Below, one piece after another: positions 38,255-52,030 of a stretch of DNA of 64,000 bases; position 1 is the stretch's first letter; the number at the start of each line of letters is the position of its first letter. The notes beneath the pieces were generated by a model. That model did no database searches. It had not been told where the DNA came from and worked only from the letters and a program-made list of their open reading frames with translations. Source of the DNA: Phoronis australis (Eukaryota > Animalia > Phoronida). The DNA lies in NCBI GenBank assembly GCA_002633005.1, contig NMRA01000162.1, positions 712,516 through 776,515 of the forward strand. The letters are read 5' to 3'. A program made the translations under genes and the position numbers.

Positions 38255-38740
38255 ATTAGGGAAAAAGGTTATTCGCAATATTACCTCTAGTCATTTTAAT
38301 GCCCATACTGATCCTTCATTTAAGACTACACAGATACTCAAAATAAAAGACTTGTATGTTGTTGCTATTATTTTTTTCTACAAATATGTTCATAAGTACT
38401 TACCTTCATTTTTAACACGTTCAATTTACGAACTCGTGGGTCTGTTCATGAACATTACACTATACAACGACATCTTTTACATACATGTACTCCCTGGTGT
38501 TCAAAATCATTTGCTGAAGATTCAGTTCGAAATGTCCTACCTGATATCATAAATAACCTTCCTGAAAGTGTCTCACCAAAAATTTACCCATTCGTTATCC
38601 TCTGCTATAAATTATTTTAAGAATGTTTGTTTTGAAAATTATCAACTTGAACGCACTATTCCCAACTGCTTTGTGTGTAACTATTTTCGATAATCTCTCC
38701 CAGTCTTTACACAAGTAGTTTTAAAGTACATTATCACCTA
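38255..38740 (+). pseudogene. LINE (L2/CR1 group) 3' end fragment
   Basis: KKVIRNITSSHFNAHTDPSFKTTQILKIKDLY, typical RT C-terminal motif. Confidence 0.75.
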
Positions 38741-38774
38741 ATTTTTATAGTTCTGAGCCCGGTTGCATAAAACA

Positions 38775-39059
38775 CGGGAGCGGAGAGCCGATACAACATC
38801 AGCCAGGGCATCAATCGGAAGGGCGATCGGCGTTTCGAAACGCCGTCTTGCAATATTGCACCGCGAGGTTACGCTAGAGCCAAACAAAGATGCTCGAACT
38901 GTGGCTTCCTGTGTCATTTTACATCACATAGAAAAATCTTTTAATGAGCCGGAGAAGCTGGACGCACGCGACATCAACCAGCCTGCGCCTCTGCGCTATG
39001 CCGACCCCCAGACAGGCAGAGGCGTGCGTGATCACGTCGCTCGTACGTTCTTCATTTGA
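38775..39059 (+). pseudogene. Harbinger transposase C-terminal remnant
   Basis: RASIGRAIGVSKRRLAIL...ASCVILHH (third catalytic residue region, IE changed to IG). Confidence 0.85.
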
Positions 39060-39065
39060 TTACAT

Positions 39066-40542
39066 ACAAGAGCAAGGCAGAGCGTGGAAATGCGCCCACA
39101 ATTGCACCGTATACGGTATCCCTCTAGGGTTGTTTATTGGTGCCATAAAGTGGCCAGTAGAGGGCATATATGTAGTATGTTGTACTTTGCAAAATGGAAA
39201 GGCATGGTCATCGTCTCCTCAATAGGCTAGGGACAAAATGTGAGTGCACATCCTATACATCAGTTGCTTAAAGCACCACTGAAACAGAATTAAAGACAAA
39301 TTTACCAACATACGAGATAAGCACAGCATTGGAGTGCCAGAAACAATTTCTACTTGGAACTTTTCCTTCATAGTCACGAAGTAACACAAAGTATACACCT
39401 GAAGACCTATGAAAATACAGAGGTCAATGTAAAATACTAAAATTGCCACTAAAGGCATGTCGGTAGTCAGAATCATCCTAAAGTCGTCATCGTCCGTTTT
39501 CAACATCACATAAATACACTTGCAAAATTTAGTGAAGATCCTGCAAACGGTTTGGGAGATACAGCCATGGGCACAAAAAAAACTGCCACTAGGAGGCGCC
39601 ACATTAATCAAATTCATGGGAAATTCAGCGTCAACCGTCCTCTTCACAGTAAGAACATACATGCCAATTTTCACAATCATACTTAGAGCGGTTTGGTTGA
39701 TAGAGGGGTGGACGCCAAAAAACTGACTCAAAAACACTAAAAATGGCCACTGGGTGTGGCAAGCTATGTCGAATCCATCCGAAAACAGGAGGATAGCGTC
39801 ATCGCACCAATAGGTGCCTACATACCAAATTTCATGAAAATCCGTTAAGGACTTGTGAAGATACAGAGGTAAACGTAAAAAAATAAAATTGCCACTAGGT
39901 TGCACACTGGAAGGCGGATCCGGCCAAAAGTCGTCATCTTCCGTTGTTAACCTCATATCAATATACTTGCACAATTTCTTAAAGATCGTGGAAACAGTTT
40001 AGGAGATACAGCCATAGGCGCAAAAAATTGTCACTAGGAGGCGCCACAGTAGTCGAAATAGTCGAAAATCATCGTCAACCGTCCTTTACATAGTAAGCAT
40101 ATATATGCCAATTTTTACATTCATCCTTTGAGCGGTTTGGTTGATAGAGGGGTGGACGCACAAAACAGACTCGAAAACACTAAAAATGGCCACTAGGAAG
40201 CGCAAACTATGTCGAATCCATCTGAAAACGGAAGGATACCGTCATCGCACTAATAGGTGCCTACATATCAAATTTCATGAAAAACCGTTCAGGACTTTTG
40301 AAAATACAAAGGTAAGCGTAAAAAAATAAAATTGCCACTAGGGGGCACACCGGTTGTCGGATCCGTCCGAAAGTTCGCACATGCCGTCCCATTTATATAT
40401 GGAACACATGTGCCAAATTTCATGAACGTATGTCAAAGGGTTTTAGAGATAAAGCAGCGGACGCCGGACGCCGCCCGGACGGACGGGCGGACGGAGATGA
40501 CGGCATAATGCGTCCACACATAAATATGTGGGCGCATAAAAA
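39066..40542 (-). mobile_element. Helentron-associated element (HINE/DINE-1-like) copy 1
   Basis: subTIR atgcgcccaca / tgtgggcgcat, terminal palindrome, (GGAC)n microsatellite, internal ~150 bp tandem array; absent from Harbinger copy 1, inserted in an A/T run. Confidence 0.85.
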
Positions 40543-40549
40543 TTAAGGA

Positions 40550-41040
40550 GCGGGGTTTTCCGTAGATAAGCGCACCCTATATGGAACGTCCATGTGTATT
40601 CATTTGGAAAATTATGCTATTATTATTTGGTGTTGCAACTTCGTCAACTGTCCATGAAGTGGGGCGCTTAGGTGAAAATTTTCCTTTTAAAAACCCACTT
40701 AGGGTCAATGTTTTGTCAATTTTTTGGAGCATTTATCAATTATAAAAACTAACGAAGTGTTGCCGAGCTAGGCATTTATTAACGTAAAATTTATAAGAAC
40801 AGTTTTAAATAAAAAAATCAGCTACGAAACCTCATAATCTAGGCTACGTTTATTCAGTCCATGTCAATGTTTCACTTAAAATTACATATCGCGCTTCATG
40901 CTCATATTTACGTATTCAAAATTATGACTTTCTGTTTACACACCCCGTTTCCCGGTGTTTCATTGGTGTTACTAACTAAATGCCAGAAAATTTTCAAATT
41001 CCGAATACACGCCTAGGGGTTTATCTACGGAAAACCCCGG
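40550..41040. mobile_element. Tc1/mariner-type MITE, orthologous to 9853-10375
   Basis: Same TIRs and same position in the host element. Confidence 0.8.
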
Positions 41041-41089
41041 TAGTAGTCAGGTTTACCCGAGTGTGGGTATGATATTATGTTTTGGTTTA

Positions 41090-42076
41090 CCGTGTTCGCC
41101 TTATAAGCACCTGGAGCACTTTCAAAAATTTGTGTCGGGATGCGGTGGGGGAGGGGCGCTTATTGTAGCCCAAGGAGCTTGAAATACAGTCTCCGAAAAA
41201 GGTGAAATCAGAAGCTAGGATTCATAAAATTAACGCTCTGCGACGTATATGTTACATATTACAGACTTGCCACAAAATTGTGGTCTATTGCTACCGAAGT
41301 TTCGTTGTTACATTGCTCTCCTTTTTCAGAAAAGTGTGGGGAAATCCCAGCCGACTCATGCATCGCTGCCTCGCGAATGTCGACTAACAAAATTGAATTC
41401 TTGATAAAAATACAGTTTCGACTCAACAAATTACACGAAATCTTTCTGAGGTTTTCCAAATAGTCCCTAAAATTTTTAATTTCCTGTCGAGTCGGGATTC
41501 AACGCAGATTAAGTTCAAATCTGCGCTAGATCTTACAACGCATCATGAGAAAAATCTGGAGGAACCCACATGTTGATGTCACGTGACTTTCGCTTTGAAG
41601 TTTGGCTGCAGGTGTGTCAGTTCCGAGTGAACGAGATTCACTAACGTTTATAAGTACACTGTGTCTGTTGTGAAAGGCCAGACCATAGTGGGACAAGTGC
41701 CTCGTGGTATCTGCAAAATTCTTGACTTCTTCATGAAGCACTGCGGAAATTTGAAGTTTATATTCACGGCTAAATACCGAAATAGCGGCGACGCGCGTGG
41801 TCTATAAATTTGGGCAAAATGATTTTTTCAGGACTGTCGGATATTATTGATAAATTGAAGACGTTACTGTAGAATTTTAGGAGAGGTGTTTTTCAAATGT
41901 ATACACGTGGGCACTTATTTTTGTGTTTTCTGAAAACGCGGGTGGGGCGCTTATAGGGGCATTGGCGCTTTTCGGGGCATGGACGCTTATAGCGGCATGG
42001 ACGCTCATAGGGGCATGGACGCTAATAGGGGCATGGACGCTTATAGGGGCATGGGCGCTCATTAGGACAGATACGG
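41090..42076. mobile_element. pogo-type element with HIRAN remnant (~41610-41805), orthologous to 10425-11390
   Basis: TA|ccgtgttcgcc...ggacagatacgg|TA; 18-bp repeats at 41943-42062. Confidence 0.8.
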
Positions 42077-44087
42077 TAATTGTTACACGGTGAATTACTA
42101 ATATGACTATATTGAATGTGTGGATCTATTGAAAAAGTTCACAATGGTTTAGGTCTGTACTTGGGGAGAAAGTTTTCCGATATGCAGAAATGATTGAATA
42201 CACGACGTTTTTGGTTACTGACAGTTTTTAAGCTACCAGAGGAACGTGAAATCTATGTGAACCTATCTGTCTGTGATGTGGTCGCTGCAGACAAGGAATT
42301 TCTCGCATTGGGCATTAATGTTCATTTTAGAGCCAAGTTTGACACCAAAAAAATTGAGTTGGAAAATTTGTATAATGATATTTTGCGATTGAAAGCTTAT
42401 GGGTTTCTCAGTGTTACCACTAACATACATGTATGAGAACAGCTTCACTCTGAAGGCACTAAGAGTCGCAACAAAAATCATCAGTGTGATCTCTCCAGCC
42501 GTCTGTTATAGATGCTTCCAAAGGCTTTAAAAAGAAATGATAATATCGTTATTCCCCGAGATGTCTTCTCAGTATCATGTTATTTTAAACAAAGATGACT
42601 ATTCCTATAGTCTATTAGTAGTATGTGACCCTAAAAATTAATCAGCATTAGTCGGGCATCCCTCATTGAGCTTCAATATACATGAATTCAGTCGTCCAAG
42701 GCTATAAATGCTGAGGCTGGTCGACGAATTGTCTACTCTGAGTTCGAAGGTGACTACTCCGAAGGTTATCTCTATGGTAACCCCAAAATGAACACAAAAT
42801 TTGTTCCTCTACTGCCGACAATATCCCAAGTGTTGACGCCATCTCACAAGACAGCTAAGCATCTTCATAACATCATTCAGAGTCGTTACTCCATTAAATT
42901 ATTGATATGTTTGGCACACAAGTGTCACCCAACTGCCTATTGTTTATTCAAGAGGTAGATCGCATAACACAAACACTGAAACACTGGTGAATAATGGGTA
43001 CACCAATGCTTTGGTAGACCTCCATATAAAGCGATTCATGTCCAGAATTAATTGTGAAGTCCGTGCACGTCGGACCGGTGTGACCAAAAACGTTTATTAC
43101 AAGAAAACATTTTATGAAAATCTTTATGGTCAATGTTAAAGTTTGTAAGCCCGATGATTACCGCGATTTTATTATTGGAATTGTACGTCCTCCAGCTATG
43201 GTCGTGAAACATAACATTTCTAAAGCGGAAGTCCGTCCCGTTGTCCCGTGTACAGTACTAGTGTTAATGAGTTTGTACATGTATGCCCTATGAACGAATG
43301 TCTTCATTAAAATGTCAAACAATGTTGCATTAGTCTCAGACTCATCGACTACCGCTGCTTAGTATAGCCCCCATTTGGGGCCCCGTACATTCCAGCAACA
43401 ATCCATCCGGGAATGCACGCTGCCGGCGAAGAGCGCAGCACTTGTGCAAAATTGGGTTGTGTCCCAAGACTGAGTGATAGATGGCAGCAGTTTTTGACTC
43501 GAGAAGCTTTGTTCGTGAGTAACTAAGACACTGGAAAGTTATGTAGGGCTTTAGTTATGTGTATGATGTTTTTTGTAGATTTTTCGTCAGCAATGACATA
43601 GGCCTACCTACGGATAAAACTGCTAGACTAGTCACTAATGTGACTTACTAGTTGGTTACACGTGACGGATGAAATGCATGAATTAATTTGTCTATGTTCC
43701 TAGCCCCGGGATTTGATCAATCAACATGGGGCCATAGCTTATATGTGTAAAGAATGGGAGAGAATGTTGGTGTTTGTAATGATGCAAAACTTGTGTAGTA
43801 TCGCTGCGGGATTTTTGGTTCACGTACTTGTAGCTACGTTCGTGCAATTGGTCTGTTGCGTTGATATTTATAACCCTGTGACCTACATTCCAAACTTGGT
43901 TGACCTATTTTTTCAAAGCAGTGAAAGCCACGTAGCAAATAATTGTTGAACACCTAAGGGAGTTGTATGTTTCAATTTTGAAGAAAAGTGAAAACTAGAG
44001 AGCATTCTGATAAAGTGTTGTTGATAATGTATCATAAACCAAGGAATATTCTTATGCCTCACTTGATTAAGTCATACATGTACCTGA

Positions 44088-44453
44088 TTAAATTGGAGCT
44101 TCCAGTCCACTGACACTGGGTGTGTCTGTAAACAATGCAACGATTTTTTTCTCAGCCTCCTCCATGGGTTTGGGGCGAGAGCCTCCTCCCGTTTTCTTCA
44201 CCTCTCTTTGCAGTGGGTTCTCTGATGCTCTCGCCCCAGACACCATGTGCCTCCACTTTTCCTTTGTGTCATATGCTGTTCTGTTTGCTGTTCCCTGACT
44301 TGTGATTTTGGAAGTTATATCAGAGTTCTGTTCGGCCTTCGTCACCTTCTGACTGAACTTGCTGTTAATTACATGCAAGTTTGACTCGGCAAGCTCAGTC
44401 AGAATGTTGATTTAGTGCTTTGTCCAGTTACAAGATTTTTTCTTTACAGCCAT
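44088..44453 (-). pseudogene. Harbinger Myb/SANT gene of copy 2, disrupted
   Basis: Homologous to 13128-13478 with a deletion and frame disruption. Confidence 0.85.
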
Positions 44454-47399
44454 TTTGTCTGTGCCATGGTAACAGGAATTATGGGTATTGCCTTATATGG
44501 TATCCAATTTGGCTATCCACCTGATAACATAGATATCCGCCGGATAGTTATCCGAACCTTTTCCAAGCTTTGTGCAACCCAAATTTATACGCCGGATAAC
44601 TACCCGGTGTATAAGTCTTATCCGGCGTATAAGCTCTTATCCGCCGGATAGTCATAAAGACTTTTATGCAACGGGCCCTTATTATCAGTGGCGCTGTATT
44701 TTTTCTTTCTTATTCTCTGGTCGCTCGGTGGTCAGCGGACCTCTCGGGTCCTTCACGGAGTCTCAAAAAGCGTAAATCTGAATCAACTGTATTTTTTGAC
44801 TTAAAGTGAATAAAGTGTATTACTACTACTACTACAATCTCTGATGTCGGACTTCCGCATCACGTGACATCATAGGCGAAGCGATCTGCTGGCGTAAGGT
44901 CAATTCAGTTCTATGCTGGCTGGAGACAGCTTGTTGGAATAAAATAAGCTCTGCTCATTATGTAGAGTTGTGCATTGTCTTATCAGCTTAACGAATTAAA
45001 CAATGAAAAGTTCATGAAAATAATGTATTGTAGTTGCCAGCAATTTTATCATCTGATAAAAATGTAAATTAATTTGTCATAGAACTTGAACTAAAAAGTT
45101 AAAGAACACGATAGCCGGTTAGCCTGAAGTCCAACTTTTATTAGCACATTAAGTTTTGTCATATGCACGGTTTGTTCTAGATTGTGATAGCATGGTAGGT
45201 TACCCTGTGAATGTTTTGTATTGAAGTTATGTAGAATAAAATTGTTTTGAATGTCGCGAATCCAAGATTAAAACTTCATTCAAGACAGTAAGTGGAAAAC
45301 TAACCCAGTGCAGTGCATTCTTGGAGTAAACTTGCAGACTAGTCTAGCACTTGAATCCTGGATAGTGATTGGTTAAATTTTGAGTTTGTAGACTATTTTC
45401 TAGGCTCTGTAAATGAGTCAGTAAGTTTTACAAATCAATGTTGTATAAACAGCACGATAGATATCCAGCAAGTTAAATTGTTTTCTACTGATAGATTTTA
45501 CGAGTATGTTATAAAAAATTGTTGTCTTTAGTGCAGAGTGTGTCTTCAACAATCGTTGAACTGCATCTCATTAACCTATGCATTCAGTTATCTGAGCTCA
45601 GAAACGCGCGTTTGTAATCACAAGACATTATTTGCCTGTGAAGCTAAGCCAGTAGATCCAGCTAAAGAAGATTAAGTGGCTTGTGGTCTAGCATAGGGCC
45701 CTATCACATTGACTTAACTCTTGTCTGAGCGGAGCGTCGACGTATACTGCGAAGTTAACTGGACCGTTCATTCTGGCTTCGGTAGTTAATGAACTTCGAA
45801 GTAAACAGTAGATAACGCTGTCGTGATCGAAGGTATCGAAAGGTAACACTGCACGCTAAGATGTGACAATTTGGGAACATTTACATGTGTTAATTGACAT
45901 AAAACTTATTCTTAAATTGATTGGTGATTATTTCTATCTCGAATAACCAGGTTGTACTTAGGTTACTTTTTGTGAAACATTTTCGCACCATGGAGTGTAT
46001 TGCATTTACTGTTATTACGATTGTCAACAAAACGAAACTTTCACTTTTAAACTGATATTTTTAAGGTTGAAAACCATGATAGGTGATTCTAGGCACTATT
46101 TCTAGCATAATGATTGTACTTCCCCAAATCAGATATGTGGCCATTGTCGATAAACTTTTAGTTACCTGTTACCTTTGATGTTATGCTCTTGTCTCTGCAA
46201 TTACTCTTGGATTTTTCATATTAAAGATTTGTTATTCTTAGTGTCATTGCTGTAATTTTAGTTGAAAAAGTATGTGCTTTTAAAACGTTGACTTTTTGTA
46301 GTTCTTCCTGGCTATGTAATCACATTTTCTTTGGTTGTGTTTCATGATTTGGTAGTGATTTCTCTGTTTGTACATTCCAGGCTCCCTCAGTTCGCGCATA
46401 ATTGTCATAGACTGAGAACGATGTAAATATGAATATATTATTAGCCTCATTTAGTTTTCACTGCATTGTACGCATGACACTTGAAATGTTTCTGGTTTTT
46501 AAGATTTTGATATTTTACTCATGTTCGCTTATTTTAAGGAACTAGTGTATTTTAGGAAGTGCATTTTATTTTCTGCAACTAATCACTGTTAATGAAATGT
46601 TAATAAAAATCTAGTTTGTTAAATCCTAAGTATTCCCTAGGGTTCTATGTGATTCTGTTCATTTAAAGTGTTTGATGCATGGTAGAAGTCAAAATTGTCG
46701 TATTTCCACTTAAATGGAAGTTCCGTTTTGGGAAAAATCGCTTCTAAGGCTGTTGATGTGGTTTCCAGAGCTACCAAACTGTTTTTTCAAAAATACTTTA
46801 TAATTTTGATAAGCCTTTGTTACATGTAGGTCGTTTCTTAAAAATGTCTTAATAAACAACACAAATCTGCTATCATTCGCATTTTATTCATTTAAAATAC
46901 TCTTTTATCCAAAGTTGTAGTCCAATCCTTTCAATTTCCCTCTGTACAAGATAATTTTTGGCTGTCTTCTGTTCCTTTGGGAACAATAACCCCCGACTTA
47001 TCTGCACACATGTAGCCCAAAACAACTGTGTATTATAAGTAAGTTGTTGATATGTGGTGCAGATTCACGTAACTATATTTCGAAGGAAAATTTTTTGTTG
47101 CATTTTCAGTTTAAAGGTATGCAATAACTATAGTTAATTAATAAAAGCCTTAACTTTACCGTCTTACGCTGCATCAGTTTAATTTGACTGGTGATTTAAC
47201 TGAAATGAACTTGGGAGGGATGATGCACTAAATTGTTATCGCAATGGAGCCCATTTTGGTATACCAATGTCCAAAGTCCAAGATTGTGAAGCTTGAGACG
47301 ACCCTTTTTTAAGTTGTAGGTGATACGATTTCGCAGTCAAACGGTTTCCACACAAAATGTGAATCAAGTCTTTGTGGTTCATCAACTATTAACGAGACT

Positions 47400-48240
47400 G
47401 AAATGGATTGCTCTAAGACCCCCTTCGACCCATCGACTCCCACATCCACGAAACCCTCGACCCACAAACCCCTCACACCACGATCCACGACCCCTAGTCC
47501 CAGCACTCAAAACTCCCCAGACCCGCACTTCACAATAACGACTGGATCTGATCATAGAAAAAGCGCTGACTGACAGGACTAACGAGTCGGGTCGTGAGCA
47601 CGGCTGGCATTTCCGTAATTAATTGCAACCAAGAAAGTCAATTCGGTGAGTATGAAAGTCAGACAAAAACAACGCAACCAAATCAAATAAAAGACCTACC
47701 AACGTTGCAAATGTTCCTCCACGCAAAGTGTAGTCGTGTCGTCTGCTCTTGAGTGAATGACAGATTTATGTTTTTTGGAGAGTGCAAGGAACCGACGAAT
47801 GCGTAGTTTGTTCAGCAAATACATTTGAATAAGGGACCTTTCACTAAAAGAAGTATATTATAAAGGAGTATACAGAAGAAAGAAAAGAAGACAAAAGTGA
47901 AAATACGTCCTTTCACGTTAACGTAACCTGTTCATTAGCATAGTGGTACAGGCCCATTGGTAGCCGCTCTTGGCAAGGATAGCAAGGGCACAATTCGCTA
48001 TTTCAGATCATGTTCTTACATCAACTTCCTGTTTTACACTCCAGACTTGAGCCACAGCAGATTCACCTGTAGGTAAATTTTATGGGAGTCATTCAGCGAC
48101 ACATTGTGATTACGAAATGTGTAAAAAGCGCAAAGATACATCTATTGCCACAGGTCGTTGGTCGAGTGGATTGTGGGCGGAGGGTCGTGGGTTTTGTGGG
48201 TCGAGGAGGTCATGGACTTAGGGGTTTTCAAACCAATACG
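47400..48240. mobile_element. MITE with inverted subterminal TCGACCC/GGGTCGA arrays
   Basis: C-rich cgaccc array at 47415-47525 mirrors the G-rich array at 48150-48228. Confidence 0.55.
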
Positions 48241-50079
48241 CCTGAAATGAGTTCTCCCACGTCCGTGTAATTCCGTATCACAGTGAAACTTTTCTAATAA
48301 AATACTTAAGTCGAGAAAATGATTCCTGCATTTTTATATCCTCATGTTTTTTAAACCACATAAGGATTGATAAGAACTGCTGTACCCACTTTTCACAGAA
48401 AAATGACAACCTGTTCTTCGATGAAAAGAATAAAAATCTGACCCCGCAAACCACCCATTTCCATCTCGCTTGCTGTCGTAAAATCAAGATCCTACTAATA
48501 ACATATTTGTTTCTTGTTGTGGGCAACCTTTTTCCAACTATGGTCTTTTAACTCACCTAAAGATTCGGCAACTGGTATCGGTATAACATAGTATGCAAGC
48601 AATTTTCAACTTTGGTCCAAACATGTGCGTGTTGACGGTGAGTGGCTTTAGTTCATGTAGGTCAATAAACCAAAGTCAATTTTCATTCTCATTATAAACA
48701 GAGACCTAATTTATCACCATTTTGACAAATATCGAATATTTTAGAGCATTATCCCGAAGGTTTTTGGGCACTAAACGGTAATCGTTTTCCTTAAGTGCCA
48801 CATAGCTCTATGGGTATCCTCATGCTTGGAAATGGCCGTCTGGCAGGTTCACTCTGGTGGGTGTGGTCAAAGGAGCCAAGGGAATGACGTACAAAAAATG
48901 AGTTAGATCATTATTCATGGCAACAACTCAAAACTGCTTACAATATCTTCTACGTAGTCCCCTGTATCAAAAATTGCCACTGCCACCCACATTCAGTGGT
49001 GGGAAGTATAAGCTAGACGGCTATAAACACCCGCCAAAATCCCACAACTCCCTGCTTGACCAGGGGAGATAACACTCATAATACCCCGCTAGTCGAAGTA
49101 AACCTGGGGTTTTTCCTAACTAATAACATAACATACTTAACTACCAAAACAATCTAACACGAAATCAAGTACATTAGCAAATACAATGATGTGGTATCGG
49201 TAACGTATCATTATTCAAGACCAATATGATTACATAGCACAGAACCCAGAACCAGCATCTATGATTCGTTAACCACACAAGTAATAAGTTTCACACCTGA
49301 AGCACATGTTCACATTATAACAATGTTGAGTTAAACATGTAGGTACTACACAAGGCAAAAGATGATGACACACAGGTAAACCAAAGTCCTGTCTCATACA
49401 CAACAACTTGTGTCAACTGTCATTTCCTACCAAAATTTTCAGTGCTCTATGTTAATCTCTCGACAGATTGCAGGAACCATTACAAGTTACTTATAACGAA
49501 TGTCACACAAAACTTCTAGCAAAGGACACGGTAAATATAACTTAACTACACTCTTAATGTACCATACACAAATTTGGCAAATTTCTCTGGTGTACCAATG
49601 CATCTCACTCTCATGTTCTCAATGACCATTGCAGCCAGATTATCACAATTCTTTTCATTGTGAGGATCCCTTCAAAAACACAGTTCTCCATGAAGCAGCG
49701 GTAATGACAACAAGAGGCGAAGTTGTCCCGCTTGAAACTTGGCCCTGACTATAGTATATGAGACTTCATCAGACGGAGATTTTGCAACGCCTGTGACAAT
49801 CTAACCTTCTGCTTGTTAGACAAAGTGCCTGGACATGCCAAATCATTATTAGTGTTCATGTGTAGTTCATGTTTTTTCAAGTCAATGGGCTGGATTTGGG
49901 TTGTAAAACAAAAATCTGAGTCATCATAACCAAGTTCCTTGCCAGTTTCATCTACAACGCAAAACTTGAGCGCCGTTTGAGAAGCCATGTTCATTTGATC
50001 CTGGCAACCAGTTACTGCATCATTAACAGCCAATGTCTCCCGCAACTTTTGCAGGTTAGAAATGTTTTGCGTTTCAGAT

Positions 50080-52030
50080 GCCCTAAGAAAGGCCGGTTTA
50101 ATTCTGATAATGTGAAAAACGTCACGCAAGACTCGACCTCGAAGATCTGCTAGAAGGACGTGTCGAATCTAAAACCTGGTGAATCACAAATGGTCCTACA
50201 TACTTAGCTGTGAATTTCTTAGCATTAGATGTCATACTAGAACTATCGGATTTGCGTAAGTAAACTAGCTGTTCTGCTCCACCCTCTGTGAGATTTTCTC
50301 ATTCTGAAATTTTTGTTTCAATGCGCTGCATAGAATGTCCATCACTTTGCCAATCAGCGACGACTGCGCATCACTAACCATAACTTCAGGAATCCCGAAA
50401 CAGCAAGCAATGCGTTGAATAAGGCGCGTCAAGCGTTTTCAAAGGAACACAAACGGTGTATCTAGTAATGCCACAAGTAGTAACCATTAACCATAACTAC
50501 CCTGACTTCGACTTGACTATCTCCTTAAAATCCAAGGATATTGCCTGGAAGGGACAATATGAAACAGGTATACGTTCATGAAAAGGTCTTAGAATATCAG
50601 TCTTACCAATGAATTCTTGGCATCGTGCACAAGACTGGACATAGGACACAATGCGTTGATACATGTTGGGGAAATAGAACAGTTTTCGCATAGTGAGATA
50701 AGTTCTCACACAACCCTGATGATTACTCAAAAGAGAATCATGGTACTTCGATATCAATGGGTCTATGAACTTTTCAGGGATCACAAGCTGCAGACAAAAA
50801 CGATCCTGACCCTTTGGGAAGAGCAACCTAAAAAGTAGGCCATCACACAACAAGTACTGTTCTGAACTAAGCGTGATAGATCCAGCAACCTTTTTGTCAC
50901 TGGGTAAGATATTGTGCGCTAAACAATCGTAAATAGGCTTAAAATGTGGCGAAGCCATTTAGGCCAAACGGAACTGTTGAGCCTCAAAAGGAAGATTGTA
51001 GTCACGAAGTATCTTCCGATTAATAATCTTGAGAACTTTGTTAAGCTCACGTTGGTTTGGAATATGTTGTGCAGTCATGTCAGCGGTATCGGACACCAAA
51101 GATTTTGGCTTTTGTAGAAACTCTGGAACTTCCTCACTACAAATTTCCTTTTGTACACTAACCCTAGTGGATACCACGTTATTGACCAACCTAGGTTCAG
51201 AAGCTACTGACTAGGCTGTAAATCTGTCCTAGTATTGACTCGACTAAGTACAGGCAAACTAGCACAAAATAGGATAGGTTGACTATCAGGTTCCACAGGA
51301 GTTGTCAACATATCGTTAACTGGTGGGTGATTTCTAGCACGTGAAGAAGGAGCTATCACGTCGTTACCTGACAGTGGTGTACTGGACGGAGTACCTGAGA
51401 TATCTGGACTGTCTGGGCCTGATTCAGGTGAAGTGCTGTGTCAGGACACTGAGCTGGAACAGGGTGTGTTCTCGGGAAAAATGGGTTTAATTGGTATCCG
51501 ATTCTTCGTGGCGAATGCTCTAGTGACTGGTCTTTCAACAGGGGATGGTCTGAAGGGGAAAGCATGATCATTTGAGAAGATACCACTCAACTGCCCAGGC
51601 ATTGCAAGAGGCATAATTTGTTCAAGTTCGTTTTCATCACCCCGGGGGCAGCGGCTTAAAAATCAGAAATAAACATATCAGCACCTTTCTTGTAAGACAA
51701 CTCAAATGAGTACCGAGACAATCGTTCAAGTAGTTTTTGCAACCGAAGAGTTGGTGGTTGAGTCTTCGAATTATAAATTTGGACAAGAGATGAATGGTCA
51801 ACATAGCAATTGAATGATCGGTACTGCAGGTAGTACTTCCAACCAGTAATGTTGACAAGGAGACCTGTCAGTTTAAGCTCACTGACACTATATCTTAGAG
51901 TAGGAGTAGGTGAGAGCTTACTCTAATAACCAATCACCCTTTGTTCACCTTCAATATCCTGCATCAAAACAGAGCCACTACCTGACCGAGATGTGTCACT
52001 ATAAAGATGAACCTCTCCATCTCCCTGTGG
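50080..52030 (-). pseudogene. RNase H and integrase of Gypsy 2
   Basis: VHLYSDTSRSGSGSVLMQ; YHDSLLSNHQG...VQSCARCQ...AISLDF; VFHIIRIKPAF. Confidence 0.88.

Larger units (their letters stand above)
38755..44678 (+). mobile_element. PIF/Harbinger DNA transposon copy 2 (composite, defective)
   Basis: gagcccggttgcataaaa ... ttttatgcaacgggccc; colinear with 9011-13704 including the nested cargo. Confidence 0.93.

Noticed and set aside
39219-39974. 251-aa ORF
   Set aside because: Lies in the HINE tandem array, is internally repetitive, and is not kept open in HINE copy 2
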